A DNA stretch of 64,000 nucleotides from Klebsiella phage KP13-26, in sequence record OP617743.1. One strand, 5' to 3'. A program made the translations under genes and the position numbers. The notes beneath the pieces were generated by a model. It worked only from the letters and a program-made list of their open reading frames with translations. It ran no database searches and had not been told where the DNA came from. Of the stretch, positions 55,416 through 64,000 are shown piece by piece; the stretch's first letter is position 1; every line of letters starts with the position of its first letter.

Positions 55416-56300
55416 TTATTTTTTAAAAGTGGCCCCAGCCAGATCTTCGAGCATACCACGTACCTCTTTGAAGCACAGCAGGACTGCTGCTTCGATACTA
55501 CCTTCCTCGTCGTTGAAGTATTTCGGGAACTTGATTCCGCTCAGACGGAAATCTTTATCCACAATGAAGTTGACAACACCATCATACTCCAGACCAATAG
55601 CCTGAACAGATTTGCCATCTTCTTTCAGTTCTAGAGCTTTAGAGTCATACAGAGATTCTTTGCTCCAGACAACGATACCTTCATCATCTTCTAGTTTGAT
55701 GTAGTTGCCTAGGGTTAGACGCTGAAATTCATGAGTCTCTAAAATCTCACCAAAACCTTTTACAATAAGGTCTTCATGGACACCAAAACCCATAACTGCA
55801 AAACTACCCAGAACATCACGCAGGAATGCAGTAATTTCCTCGCTGACTTTCTTACTACCATTAATAACGTACAGAATGTCCATCTCAGTATCAAGCACTA
55901 CGTAGTTGTAGAAATCATCTGCTTCTGTCTCCGGGAGGAGAGAGAAAATAACATCAGCTTCAATAGCTTTCTTACTTTCTTTGTCGAGGAAGAACTCAAT
56001 ACCGGGATTATCGATAGCATGGGCTTCTTCCATCTGTTTAATCTTAGCAGCAACCAGGCGTTTAACTTTTTTCTTGTTCACTTTCTTGACAGACTGACCA
56101 ACGTTGATCAGTTGCAAACCGTTAAACTCTTTCACATAAGATTGGTCATCCTCAAACTTAACAAGGCCAATTGTATGAGCTTGCTGACCTTCTGCAATCA
56201 CAAAGTCCAGAGGACGATCAGTGATGTTATTTAGTTCGGCAATAGACAGACCTTCGGCAGCAGCCAGCGGAAGGGCAGATTTGAATTTTTTAGCAAACAT
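55416..56300 (-). CDS. RdgC-like recombination-associated protein
   Basis: About 300 aa; blocks SLLP...VLDTEMDILYVINGSKK...LRDVLGS align with E. coli RdgC; AAGGAGA RBS. Confidence 0.4.
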   Translation of the reverse strand: MFAKKFKSALPLAAAEGLSIAELNNITDRPLDFVIAEGQQAHTIGLVKFEDDQSYVKEFNGLQLINVGQSVKKVNKKKVKRLVAAKIKQMEEAHAIDNPGIEFFLDKESKKAIEADVIFSLLPETEADDFYNYVVLDTEMDILYVINGSKKVSEEITAFLRDVLGSFAVMGFGVHEDLIVKGFGEILETHEFQRLTLGNYIKLEDDEGIVVWSKESLYDSKALELKEDGKSVQAIGLEYDGVVNFIVDKDFRLSGIKFPKYFNDEEGSIEAAVLLCFKEVRGMLEDLAGATFKK

Positions 56301-56309
56301 AGTTTCTCC

Positions 56310-56594
56310 TTATTTCACTTCAACAACGAAATACTGTACCTTCTCATAGGTCACGATATAGTCAGGCATCTTATACTCACCCTTGTAGGTCTTACCAAAT
56401 AGGCGCACAGCTTCATTTACTTTATTAGCAGGGTCAGCTAACCACTGTGCTTCAGTATGGAAACGGAACTTCATGTGTTTGTTGCCACTATGCAACCCAA
56501 CAACTTCTGTTGTAATGTCTTCGATACCTGCACGTTTGAGGTTTTGAATAACCTGTACTAATCCGTTCTCGAAAATTTGATTTTGTTCAAACAC
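56310..56594 (-). CDS. hypothetical protein (94 aa)
   Basis: GTG start after GGAGG; a hairpin lies upstream. Confidence 0.5.
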   Translation of the reverse strand: MFEQNQIFENGLVQVIQNLKRAGIEDITTEVVGLHSGNKHMKFRFHTEAQWLADPANKVNEAVRLFGKTYKGEYKMPDYIVTYEKVQYFVVEVK

Positions 56595-56634
56595 GGTTTC
56601 CTCCAAACATTGCCCCCGAAGGGGGGGCATAAAG

Positions 56635-57357
56635 TTAGCCTACAATACTTTTAATATCAGGTTTAGAAAAGGTAGAAGGTTTCATGATCTTACCTTTATC
56701 ATCAAAAAACACATAGACTTTTTGTTTCTCATTGTAGGTGGCATGTACACCAATGTACGCACCTTCTGAACGATCCTTATTACGCTCCTCGATTGCAGCA
56801 CATTCTTGTGCAATAGCAAACTCAATATCCTTAGTCTCCCACACTGCCAGAAGCTGTTTGCGAGTTGGGTATTTCGAGTCATTACTACGTAATACCTCTT
56901 TAAGAACTTTTTTGTAGTTGTACTTAGAACGGACTAGAGTGTCTCTTGCCATGCGTAGCATAGCTATAGTAAGAGGGATAATTTGTGCATCGGTTGACAT
57001 TTCTTTCTCATATAAAAGAAATTCATCATACACTGCTTCAGGGAAAACATCACCAACACCTGTGCTTAAAATCTTTTCGAGATTTTCTTCACTAGTAAAC
57101 ATAAAAGTTAGGTAACTAGCTACTACAAAAACATCTGCGGCAGCATCTAAAAGTTCAACATGATCGTTAATCTTCGCAGCATCTTGAAATTCTTTCAACT
57201 CTTCTCTGACATATCCTAACTGTGCAATAAACATTTCATTGGTAAACTCAGGAGTTTCTCCTCCTCGTGCTTTAGCATTCCATGCAATAACATGTTTAGC
57301 AGCGTCAATGAAAAATTGATTATCGGCTTTAATAGGTTTATAAAAATCTGTAATCAC
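56635..57357 (-). CDS. MazG-like all-alpha NTP pyrophosphohydrolase
   Basis: REELKEFQDA...ELLDAAADVFVVASYL EExxE/D pattern. Confidence 0.35.
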   Translation of the reverse strand: MITDFYKPIKADNQFFIDAAKHVIAWNAKARGGETPEFTNEMFIAQLGYVREELKEFQDAAKINDHVELLDAAADVFVVASYLTFMFTSEENLEKILSTGVGDVFPEAVYDEFLLYEKEMSTDAQIIPLTIAMLRMARDTLVRSKYNYKKVLKEVLRSNDSKYPTRKQLLAVWETKDIEFAIAQECAAIEERNKDRSEGAYIGVHATYNEKQKVYVFFDDKGKIMKPSTFSKPDIKSIVG

Positions 57358-57371
57358 TCGTTCTCCTTAAA

Positions 57372-57546
57372 TTAAATCAGAAATATAGCGTGCTAGGTAA
57401 TATGTAACTAAACCAAAACCAATCCCAGACATAGCCGAATCTATAACGCCAGCAACTTGTACAGGAATAGTTTTTCTTTCTTGTTCAGCAAGGGTCATAA
57501 TACCGATTGCGATAATAAACAACACTAATAAAATAATGTAAAACAT
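57372..57546 (-). CDS. small two-TM membrane protein (58 aa)
   Basis: Sub-cutoff ORF with AAGGAGG RBS. Confidence 0.4.
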
Positions 57547-57555
57547 TTTACCTCC

Positions 57556-58674
57556 TTATTCGGCAGGTTCCCATGTCCCGTCGATCATCTCTCTTAGACG
57601 AACACCAACTGGTTTCGTAGGAATCCCGGCGTCAGATAATTCTTCATATTCAATTTCTACAAATTGATCGATAAGTTGGGAAGCGTTATCGGCTTTGCGG
57701 TAGTTAATGGTCGGATGTGAATCTTTCCTCATCAGGAATTCCACAATCTTATCATCTTTTGTAACCCCTGTCAACACCCCATCACCATTTTTATCAACAG
57801 TCATACCCGTTACTTTTACTTCCATGTTGCCACGAGGTTTACGTTTGATAACGTCATAGGAACGTTTACCGAACTCATACATACCGTCTTCGTTGCGATA
57901 CACGATACCTTCGGCTTTATCTTCCAAAGCTTTTTCATAAAAAGCGTCTAACTGCTCTTGGTTTTCAATGTACTCAGAATGCACAACATGAATAAGGTCT
58001 TCTAAGCCAGCTTGTACAACCATCTCTGCTAAGTCTTTCAAGAACTCTACACGCTTCTTGAATGGTAGATCTGGTACAGGAATATCATATACGTAGTAGC
58101 CTAACTGCTCAGTGATACCAGCCTTATACTTCTTCCATGCTCCATTGATGACTTGCAGACTCAGAACACCCAAGCCAGCAAACACTTCACCATCTAAAGG
58201 ATACCCAAAATCTTCCTGAATGAACTCAGGAATTTTAGTCCAGTGTTCAGGAAGTGTATACACTTCACCAGCTTTTGATAGGCATTCACCATCATCGTTA
58301 AGCATAGAACGTAAACCATTCAACTTGTATTGCGCATACCCTGGGAAACGCACTTTATGAGAGAAGTCCTTATAATCCTGACACTTCATCGGTGTAAAGG
58401 GTTCGTGATCTTGTGCTTCCTCAATGGTGTGGTAATATCCTCGTTTAAGCTGCTTCGTCCATTTTGCCAAAGCTTCTAATTCCGCTTGCTCTTCTGGTGT
58501 AGTTTCATTAGATCGACCAACATTTTTAGCTTCGGCTTCATAGGACTTCGTAGTAATCTTTCCACCAAGACGACCATGACCAACTGTAACAGTTGCACCA
58601 TCCGTATAGACAGACCATTCTTTAATATTACCTTTGGTGTCTTTACCATACAATGTAGGATTTAATTGCAGCAT
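57556..58674 (-). CDS. ATP-dependent DNA ligase
   Basis: Motif I K-L-N-G-L-R; 372 aa, similar to T7-type ligases; AAGGAGAA RBS. Confidence 0.6.
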   Translation of the reverse strand: MLQLNPTLYGKDTKGNIKEWSVYTDGATVTVGHGRLGGKITTKSYEAEAKNVGRSNETTPEEQAELEALAKWTKQLKRGYYHTIEEAQDHEPFTPMKCQDYKDFSHKVRFPGYAQYKLNGLRSMLNDDGECLSKAGEVYTLPEHWTKIPEFIQEDFGYPLDGEVFAGLGVLSLQVINGAWKKYKAGITEQLGYYVYDIPVPDLPFKKRVEFLKDLAEMVVQAGLEDLIHVVHSEYIENQEQLDAFYEKALEDKAEGIVYRNEDGMYEFGKRSYDVIKRKPRGNMEVKVTGMTVDKNGDGVLTGVTKDDKIVEFLMRKDSHPTINYRKADNASQLIDQFVEIEYEELSDAGIPTKPVGVRLREMIDGTWEPAE

Positions 58675-58683
58675 TATTTCTCC

Positions 58684-58908
58684 TTACCAATCAAAAACTG
58701 TTTCTTGGACACTAAACATCATCTGTGTTAAATCAACCTCTAAATATTCTGATGAGGTAACGAGGAATGAGTTTACAATAGTGAATCCTTCATTATCCAA
58801 GACTTCGCAAATCTCTTGATACATATCTTCAATCTCTACACCTTCCCCAAAAGAGAAAAGGCATTGCTCATGCTCACTCACGCCTCTTACATAAATAGCT
58901 GTACTCAT
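58684..58908 (-). CDS. hypothetical protein (74 aa)
   Basis: GGGAGGA RBS. Confidence 0.5.
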   Translation of the reverse strand: MSTAIYVRGVSEHEQCLFSFGEGVEIEDMYQEICEVLDNEGFTIVNSFLVTSSEYLEVDLTQMMFSVQETVFDW

Positions 58909-59090
58909 TCATCCTCCCACGCTGCATACGCGCAGCAATCATCTGTTTCGATTTCACCTTCATTTCCGCAAACAAGGCATTTCACTTTGTCGCCATAATA
59001 GAGGTATAACTCATCACCTTTTTCGGTCTCTACTTCAATCTTACTGCTCCCACAAGGGCAATAGAGCCACGGTACAATAAGTTTTCTCAA
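58905..59090 (-). CDS. zinc-ribbon protein (61 aa)
   Basis: CPCG...CLVCG; TTG start after GGAGGTGA. Confidence 0.45.
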   Translation of the reverse strand: MRKLIVPWLYCPCGSSKIEVETEKGDELYLYYGDKVKCLVCGNEGEIETDDCCAYAAWEDE

Positions 59091-59329
59091 ATATCACCTC
59101 CACACATTCCACAGCGTTCACGCCCACTCATATCATAGTAGGTAGCACCATCATGGGGACAACCCTTATGAAGTTGCTCATAAGCGTGATTGAATGCACG
59201 TAATTCATGTTCCCAAAACCCACGGTTATCTTCATCAGGTTCACCAGTTACAGGCTCCAGTTCGATAAGACGTTCAAGAGCCTTTCTCCACGAGTTCTCA
59301 TGGGTATAAAAATCATCTGGAATATTCAT
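59087..59329 (-). CDS. zinc-binding protein (80 aa)
   Basis: CPHDG...CGMCGG. Confidence 0.45.
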   Translation of the reverse strand: MNIPDDFYTHENSWRKALERLIELEPVTGEPDEDNRGFWEHELRAFNHAYEQLHKGCPHDGATYYDMSGRERCGMCGGDI

Positions 59330-59331
59330 TT

Positions 59332-59490
59332 TCACCCCTTTGGTACGCAGATGCCACGGTCAAAGATTTTGTTGCGAACGCCCTCATTCAAGGCCATCAT
59401 ACATGCACCCTGAGAATTAAACTCCTGATTCCAACCACTGCTACCTTCCCCGTAAGTCCAGATAGCAAACAGTATATACATTGTTACCAT
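59332..59490 (-). CDS. hypothetical small protein (52 aa)
   Basis: Sub-cutoff ORF with AGGAGGAG RBS. Confidence 0.35.
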   Translation of the reverse strand: MVTMYILFAIWTYGEGSSGWNQEFNSQGACMMALNEGVRNKIFDRGICVPKG

Positions 59491-59501
59491 TATTACTCCT
59501 C

Positions 59502-59906
59502 CTACTGTAATTTTAAGGAATTACGCAAACGTTTTTCTTGAGTATCACGAATATTCTGTGGAACATCGTGGATAGAGTTATTCCCATGACGGTTTTCTAC
59601 AACTAAGCTTACCACCTGATATTCGTACTCTTCTGCTAAATCCAGATAAGGAGTAAGTTCTTTCTCCGTGGTGGATGTATTAGATACGATAATCTTGAGG
59701 AAACCCTGTTCCATCGCTTCCTTTACCTTATCTTGGCACCATTTATGTGCTGCATGAACATTCTCAGGTTTCCAATCGTAAACACCATCCTCAGTGTAAT
59801 GAAATTTGTCTGCTTCACAGACAGGCCACAAATCTTCTGCCAACATATCTGCCACTGTGGACTTACCAGCACCAGACACACCACGTAAAATAATAAGTCT
59901 TTTCAT
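59502..59906 (-). CDS. Polynucleotide 5'-kinase (T4 Pnk N-terminal-domain-like, stand-alone)
   Basis: P-loop GVSGAGKST; IIVSNTS corresponds to the T4 Pnk SDTN block. Confidence 0.6.
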   Translation of the reverse strand: MKRLIILRGVSGAGKSTVADMLAEDLWPVCEADKFHYTEDGVYDWKPENVHAAHKWCQDKVKEAMEQGFLKIIVSNTSTTEKELTPYLDLAEEYEYQVVSLVVENRHGNNSIHDVPQNIRDTQEKRLRNSLKLQ

Positions 59907-60826
59907 TATTTCTCCCTCTCAAAGTACGTTTCGATTTTCTCTCTCCGAACTTGGGAATCTAAAGCTTTCCATTCTTCTTTTTCAAAAGCGAAACGTAGCC
60001 ACTCTAGCAGTGAATAGTATTCTTCGTCAATACGTTTCCTTGCTTCTTGTGGATTATCCCAAATCATATCCCATTTATTATCCCCTCCGCGCATCAGGAA
60101 TTTTTTCGCCAAGTAATGTGGAGATTTGATTTTCATAAGAAGTTCGCTGTTTTCTTCATCTGTTCCGATATTACGGATGACATAACCCTCATGCTGGACA
60201 TGCTGGACATTATAGACCACATCACCAAAAGGAACAACACCCCATGTAGGGCGCTTTGCGCCAATAACCTCAGCAATACGATCAAGCTTATGTTCTTCCA
60301 CCATAACACCGTTCAAAGCAAGGTCACGGACACCAATAAGATATGCCCCTTCTTCCTCATCTATAATGTGCGGATCACTTCTATCACAGATTTCAAAGAT
60401 AAATGTGAAATCCTCTGGAAACGCCACACGGTCAAACTTAAGTTCGTCAAGATGTTTCCGTGCAAGAGTGGAGAACTCGGAATCCAAGGTTCCTGTTGTT
60501 GACACAAGAAGTTTTTCACCACGTACCGCAGCAGTTGCCATAAATCCATTGACTTTACGAACGCACACAACCTGCTGATCAAGTGGTAAGTCTGTTCCAT
60601 TTTCAAAACGATTGAAAATCTTCGTGAAAGGCCAGATAATAACATTATCTTCTGCATCAACAACCATCCCACGGCATTCCAGCAAACGTTGGTCTGTATG
60701 CCATAGGTTATCCCAGAACACATTGTTCTTATATTTAAGAACAGACAGTCCCGCGTATGGGCCATCAATATAAGTCTTTTTCGTGACTAATTTTTTAGCT
60801 ACCAAGTCATCGACATTAAATTTCAT
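59906..60826 (-). CDS. RNA ligase, T4 Rnl1 (RnlA)-like
   Basis: LLECRGMVV and motif I VRKVNGF align with T4 Rnl1 LECRGIMF and TKEDGSL. Confidence 0.55.
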   Translation of the reverse strand: MKFNVDDLVAKKLVTKKTYIDGPYAGLSVLKYKNNVFWDNLWHTDQRLLECRGMVVDAEDNVIIWPFTKIFNRFENGTDLPLDQQVVCVRKVNGFMATAAVRGEKLLVSTTGTLDSEFSTLARKHLDELKFDRVAFPEDFTFIFEICDRSDPHIIDEEEGAYLIGVRDLALNGVMVEEHKLDRIAEVIGAKRPTWGVVPFGDVVYNVQHVQHEGYVIRNIGTDEENSELLMKIKSPHYLAKKFLMRGGDNKWDMIWDNPQEARKRIDEEYYSLLEWLRFAFEKEEWKALDSQVRREKIETYFEREK

Positions 60827-60828
60827 AA

Positions 60829-61377
60829 CTATTCCTCAATCTTTTTATGGTGATCGATTACCTTCACGTCGCGCGTATCCATAATCTCAATAACTTCATC
60901 GAAATGAATTATTTTACCAACAGCATCCCAACCAACATCCATCATCTTTCCGAATAAATGGTCTGGAAAACTTCCATGTGAGTGCCCATGTAAATGAATT
61001 GAACCACGGCCTTGTTTATTCCATGACGCAATAGGATAGTGACAAAGAACAAAAAATTTCTTTTTATACTTCACCTCTTCATAATACTTCACTTCACCGT
61101 ACTTTTCAAGAACTTCACGGTGTTTTGAGTAATCATGATTCCCAACGATAAAGGTAATCTCACCGTTTAAACGGGAAGCAATGAAATCTGTTTCTTCTGG
61201 CGTACCAAAACAGAAATCTCCAAGATGATACATTTTTGTGCCAGGTGTTTTTGCTTTTTCGTTCCAAGCCGCAATAAGAGCCTCTGTCATCTCTTCCATA
61301 GTTTCCCACGGTCTAAAATTAGGAGCAAACTCCTTGATACGTTTATGCATGAAATGCAGGTCACTTGTCAAATACAT
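60829..61377 (-). CDS. Calcineurin-like metallophosphoesterase
   Basis: DLHFMH, GDFCFG, GNHD and HGHSH motifs. Confidence 0.7.
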   Translation of the reverse strand: MYLTSDLHFMHKRIKEFAPNFRPWETMEEMTEALIAAWNEKAKTPGTKMYHLGDFCFGTPEETDFIASRLNGEITFIVGNHDYSKHREVLEKYGEVKYYEEVKYKKKFFVLCHYPIASWNKQGRGSIHLHGHSHGSFPDHLFGKMMDVGWDAVGKIIHFDEVIEIMDTRDVKVIDHHKKIEE

Positions 61378-61736
61378 TAATATAGTCCCTCGCTAAATAG
61401 GTCACGGTGATGACCGTTTCTTTCATAGTTAATCTGATTGGCTGCTTCTGCGATGATATACGCATCTTCGCGACTCCACCAATTATAATACTGATCAATG
61501 AAGCCTTGATCATCAGGAAGACACCAACCTTTCTCCAACAAACCAGCATCCATTAGAACTTTTATCTGTTGGGATAATACCGGATTTGTGTGTCTGACAC
61601 ATGGTACAACCAATTCTTCCCCAGTTGTCAGGATGTATTTGTTAGCCGCACATACAATAACACGTTGAGCGTAAGTCTCTTCGTCATGAATCCAATAGAG
61701 ATGTTGGTAGCAAATATTATCTTTCATCATGATCAT
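61377..61736 (-). CDS. hypothetical protein (119 aa)
   Basis: Start uncertain. Confidence 0.45.
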   Translation of the reverse strand: MIMMKDNICYQHLYWIHDEETYAQRVIVCAANKYILTTGEELVVPCVRHTNPVLSQQIKVLMDAGLLEKGWCLPDDQGFIDQYYNWWSREDAYIIAEAANQINYERNGHHRDLFSEGLY

Positions 61737-61892
61737 CTGTACTAATTTTTAGACCACTTGTAATTAATACAACTACAAAAAGTAACCATTCCCATCCCGG
61801 TTTATCATGGTAGATAAGAAATGCTACAGCGAGAAATCCGGTAATAGGAATTGCTGCAAACATAAAAACAGCCAAAATGTCTCTTATTTCTT

Positions 61893-62060
61893 TCATTTAG
61901 GTCTCCACATTTCAGGTGTCCAGTAGACATAACATCTGTCCCCAGCAGGGAACCAAAGATTACCGACACGATACATCTCTACTTCTTTTCCTTCTGGTGT
62001 AATGGCAATCACCACCTGATGTGGGTAAGGAAGTTGACCTTGTGCGGGTTTATTCCACAT
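61893..62060 (-). CDS. hypothetical small protein (55 aa)
   Basis: Sub-cutoff ORF with AGGAGAAA RBS. Confidence 0.35.
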   Translation of the reverse strand: MWNKPAQGQLPYPHQVVIAITPEGKEVEMYRVGNLWFPAGDRCYVYWTPEMWRPK

Positions 62061-62216
62061 GTTATTTCTCCTGTCTACTCGTCTTCAAAGTGTGAATCAT
62101 AGTAACAATAATCGAAACTGTCAAGGGCTTTCTGCACATCAGGCCAATGGTCTGTTTCTTTATAGATATACCACCCATCACCTTCATCTACCCAGATAAC
62201 GTACATATTTGTTTCC

Positions 62217-62558
62217 TCAATAGTGTTTACGAATCAGTTCAATACCGTAACGAGCAAGATGCTCCTTTGCCAGCATGAATTTCTGTGCAGCAGATGGATT
62301 GGATGTATGCACATAGATACTCTGCAAACCTTTAAAACCTCCCGCAGCAATCATGCTCTCCAGTCTGGTGAATACATAATATCCATCGTACCCAGGGCCG
62401 AGGTCATTGTCAAAGTGAATTTCAGTCACTTCGTTTGTAATGCCTTTGAACTGAAGATTCATGTACAAACTCCAGATGCCTTGTGCGGATTTAACCCAGA
62501 TAGCTTCTGGGTAGCCGTAGTCTTTAGGATCACGTAAATCATCAAGCCAAATTCTCAT
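62217..62558 (-). CDS. hypothetical protein (113 aa)
   Basis: ATG 62558 (MRIWLDDLRDP...). Confidence 0.5.
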   Translation of the reverse strand: MRIWLDDLRDPKDYGYPEAIWVKSAQGIWSLYMNLQFKGITNEVTEIHFDNDLGPGYDGYYVFTRLESMIAAGGFKGLQSIYVHTSNPSAAQKFMLAKEHLARYGIELIRKHY

Positions 62559-62710
62559 ACCTTTTGCACCCAACCTTTTTCGATTAGGATATCGAAGATA
62601 GGCATATGCTCGTTATATTCCAAGACATCGCCTACCTTGTGTGCGCCAAGGATTGACAAAGCAATATGGTAGTTGTCAAACGCTCGGATATCAGTGATAC
62701 GTAGTTTCAT
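62555..62710 (-). CDS. hypothetical small protein (51 aa)
   Basis: Sub-cutoff ORF with GGGAGGAAG RBS and ATGA overlap. Confidence 0.4.
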   Translation of the reverse strand: MKLRITDIRAFDNYHIALSILGAHKVGDVLEYNEHMPIFDILIEKGWVQKV

Positions 62711-63033
62711 TTCTTCTTCCTCCCTTTCGGTTTCTCATAAAGTCCCAATACCGCAGATTCTTTCGCACATATTGGAACTGTAGTCATGCCACGTCTTTTT
62801 GCATCTGGCATGTGCAATTCCCACCATCCCCACCAGTAGAGTTGATCCTGCGTGAGAGGTTCAGCCATAGGATCTGCCTCCTGCTCTTCAAAGCGTTGGA
62901 GCGCCTCTTCAATCTTCTCAATCGGTGTGTCAAAGACAAATGCCTCCGTGTCAAACTTAGGTTTCGGTGCAGATGGAGATGCTCGCTTAGTAGCGGGTTT
63001 TCGAGCGGATTGCTTCTTCGGTGTTTTCGCCAC
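62707..63033 (-). CDS. hypothetical protein with basic termini (108 aa)
   Basis: GTG start after GGAGGTGGTGA. Confidence 0.5.
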   Translation of the reverse strand: MAKTPKKQSARKPATKRASPSAPKPKFDTEAFVFDTPIEKIEEALQRFEEQEADPMAEPLTQDQLYWWGWWELHMPDAKRRGMTTVPICAKESAVLGLYEKPKGRKKK

Positions 63034-63226
63034 TCACCACCTCCATACGATCTAAGAAGTCTCCCTGGAAACGCCAGTATTGTGTACCACTACGAAGATC
63101 TTCGTAGATCACAATAGGATCAAACACCTTTGATACGCCAGCAGGGGAAGGGAAACTAACCACTGAATACAATCCACCTTTACCCACACAAGAATAGGTA
63201 ACACCTGTAAGCGGAAATTTACTCAT
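62987..63226 (-). CDS. hypothetical protein (79 aa)
   Basis: ATGA coupling to the upstream gene; overlaps the next gene by 47 nt. Confidence 0.4.
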   Translation of the reverse strand: MSKFPLTGVTYSCVGKGGLYSVVSFPSPAGVSKVFDPIVIYEDLRSGTQYWRFQGDFLDRMEVVSGENTEEAIRSKTRY

Positions 63227-63408
63227 TTTCGCATATACTCCAAAACAGGAACATGATCTGCTGTGAGAGTAACACTATTATATGTCACTTCACCCCACTC
63301 AATCAACTCAGCAACCCAAATAAGAAAATGTTCTTTGGCCTCTGCATAGTTGTGTGTTTGTTTAACATCATGAATACCACCCAAGGTTACACGATAAATA
63401 GGAGCCAT
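63223..63408 (-). CDS. hypothetical protein (61 aa)
   Basis: Internal ATG after GGAGAAA. Confidence 0.45.
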   Translation of the reverse strand: MAPIYRVTLGGIHDVKQTHNYAEAKEHFLIWVAELIEWGEVTYNSVTLTADHVPVLEYMRK

Positions 63409-63409
63409 A

Positions 63410-63628
63410 TTATTTCTCCACTCGGAAAGACATAATATCACCGGGCTGAGGATCATTTTCATCAATCCACCATTCTTCTGCCTCATCCCTGCCTGTACGC
63501 ACATTGTGGAATACTTCTCCATCCCGATGGAGAACCGTCACTAACGTACCTTCTGGTACTGGGAAATAAGGTTCTTTATCACCATCGACACCCCAATTAT
63601 ACCATACGCCTTTTTCATATTCGCTCAT
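63410..63628 (-). CDS. hypothetical protein (72 aa)
   Basis: GAGGAGAA RBS. Confidence 0.5.
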   Translation of the reverse strand: MSEYEKGVWYNWGVDGDKEPYFPVPEGTLVTVLHRDGEVFHNVRTGRDEAEEWWIDENDPQPGDIMSFRVEK

Positions 63629-63930
63629 CATTTCTCCTCACAAACAAGTTGTAGTTGTCGTTCCAAGGGAATCTTGTTCCCAAATTGGAAGTTGATTAAT
63701 TTGCAATCAAGGTCGATGATCTGATTACGATCCAAACCAACTACCTTAACAGAGTTACCAACGTACCACTCTACGTGGTCGAAGTCAAGCATTGTATTTG
63801 CTTTTTCTAAGATAAACTCCAATTGCTTCCATTCCACCGACATATCATCGTCATGGAAAGCAGCACAGAAAGCTTCACCGTTATAGAATCCGCGAAGCTC
63901 TCCTATCAAAGTTGTATGTGTAAAGTCCAT
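63628..63930 (-). CDS. hypothetical protein (100 aa)
   Basis: AGGAGGT RBS. Confidence 0.55.
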   Translation of the reverse strand: MDFTHTTLIGELRGFYNGEAFCAAFHDDDMSVEWKQLEFILEKANTMLDFDHVEWYVGNSVKVVGLDRNQIIDLDCKLINFQFGNKIPLERQLQLVCEEK

Positions 63931-63948
63931 CAGACCTCCTGTATCGCG

Positions 63949-64000
63949 TTATGAGCCGTTTTCTTTCTCTGGATGATAAACCACTAGCCGTGGCTTGTCA
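63949..64000 (-). CDS. 3' end of a gene running off the window edge
   Basis: Open frame ending at TAA ~63949. Confidence 0.3.
   Translation of the reverse strand, partial: DKPRLVVYHPEKENGS

Overview
The window reads as an internal segment of a large virulent enterobacterial phage genome (about 43-45% GC). No host genes, tRNAs or CRISPR arrays are evident. It has three parts.

(1) nt 1-29,100, plus strand: the 3' end of an AAA+ ATPase gene and a NADAR-like gene, then a roughly 13-kb block of about 40 small early genes. Most early genes have their own strong sigma70 promoter (TTGACA-N16/17-TATAAT), and a recurring 17-19-bp palindrome (GCGGGAATGGTTCCCGC) sits in many of the 5' leaders. A 1.8-kb AT-rich non-coding region (16,300-18,070) carries iterons and palindromes and is a candidate replication origin. 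A second plus-strand operon (18,258-29,017) consists mostly of unknown proteins, plus a DUF551 protein, a DnaJ-type zinc-finger mini-protein and a GT2 glycosyltransferase.

(2) Convergent terminators at 29,100-29,240.

(3) nt 29,236-64,000, minus strand: a densely packed, translationally coupled module. In order of decreasing coordinate it contains a polynucleotide kinase, an Rnl1-like RNA ligase and a calcineurin-type phosphoesterase (an RNA-repair set); an ATP-dependent DNA ligase; a MazG-like protein; an RdgC-like protein; a FEN/RNase H-like 5'-3' exonuclease; a DnaQ-like 3'-5' exonuclease; two HNH endonucleases; a HAD nucleotidase; ThyX; NrdA and NrdB; a glutaredoxin; RmlD and RmlC; a T4-type lysozyme; PhoH; an HslV-like protease; a Dam-type methyltransferase; a serine recombinase; a lambda-type Ser/Thr phosphatase; a DprA/SLOG-like protein; six tandem small paralogs; and an operon ending in a SIR2-like NAD-dependent enzyme together with a truncated C5-methyltransferase-like protein.

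Many coordinates of small genes that I re-derived by hand may be off by 1-2 nt.
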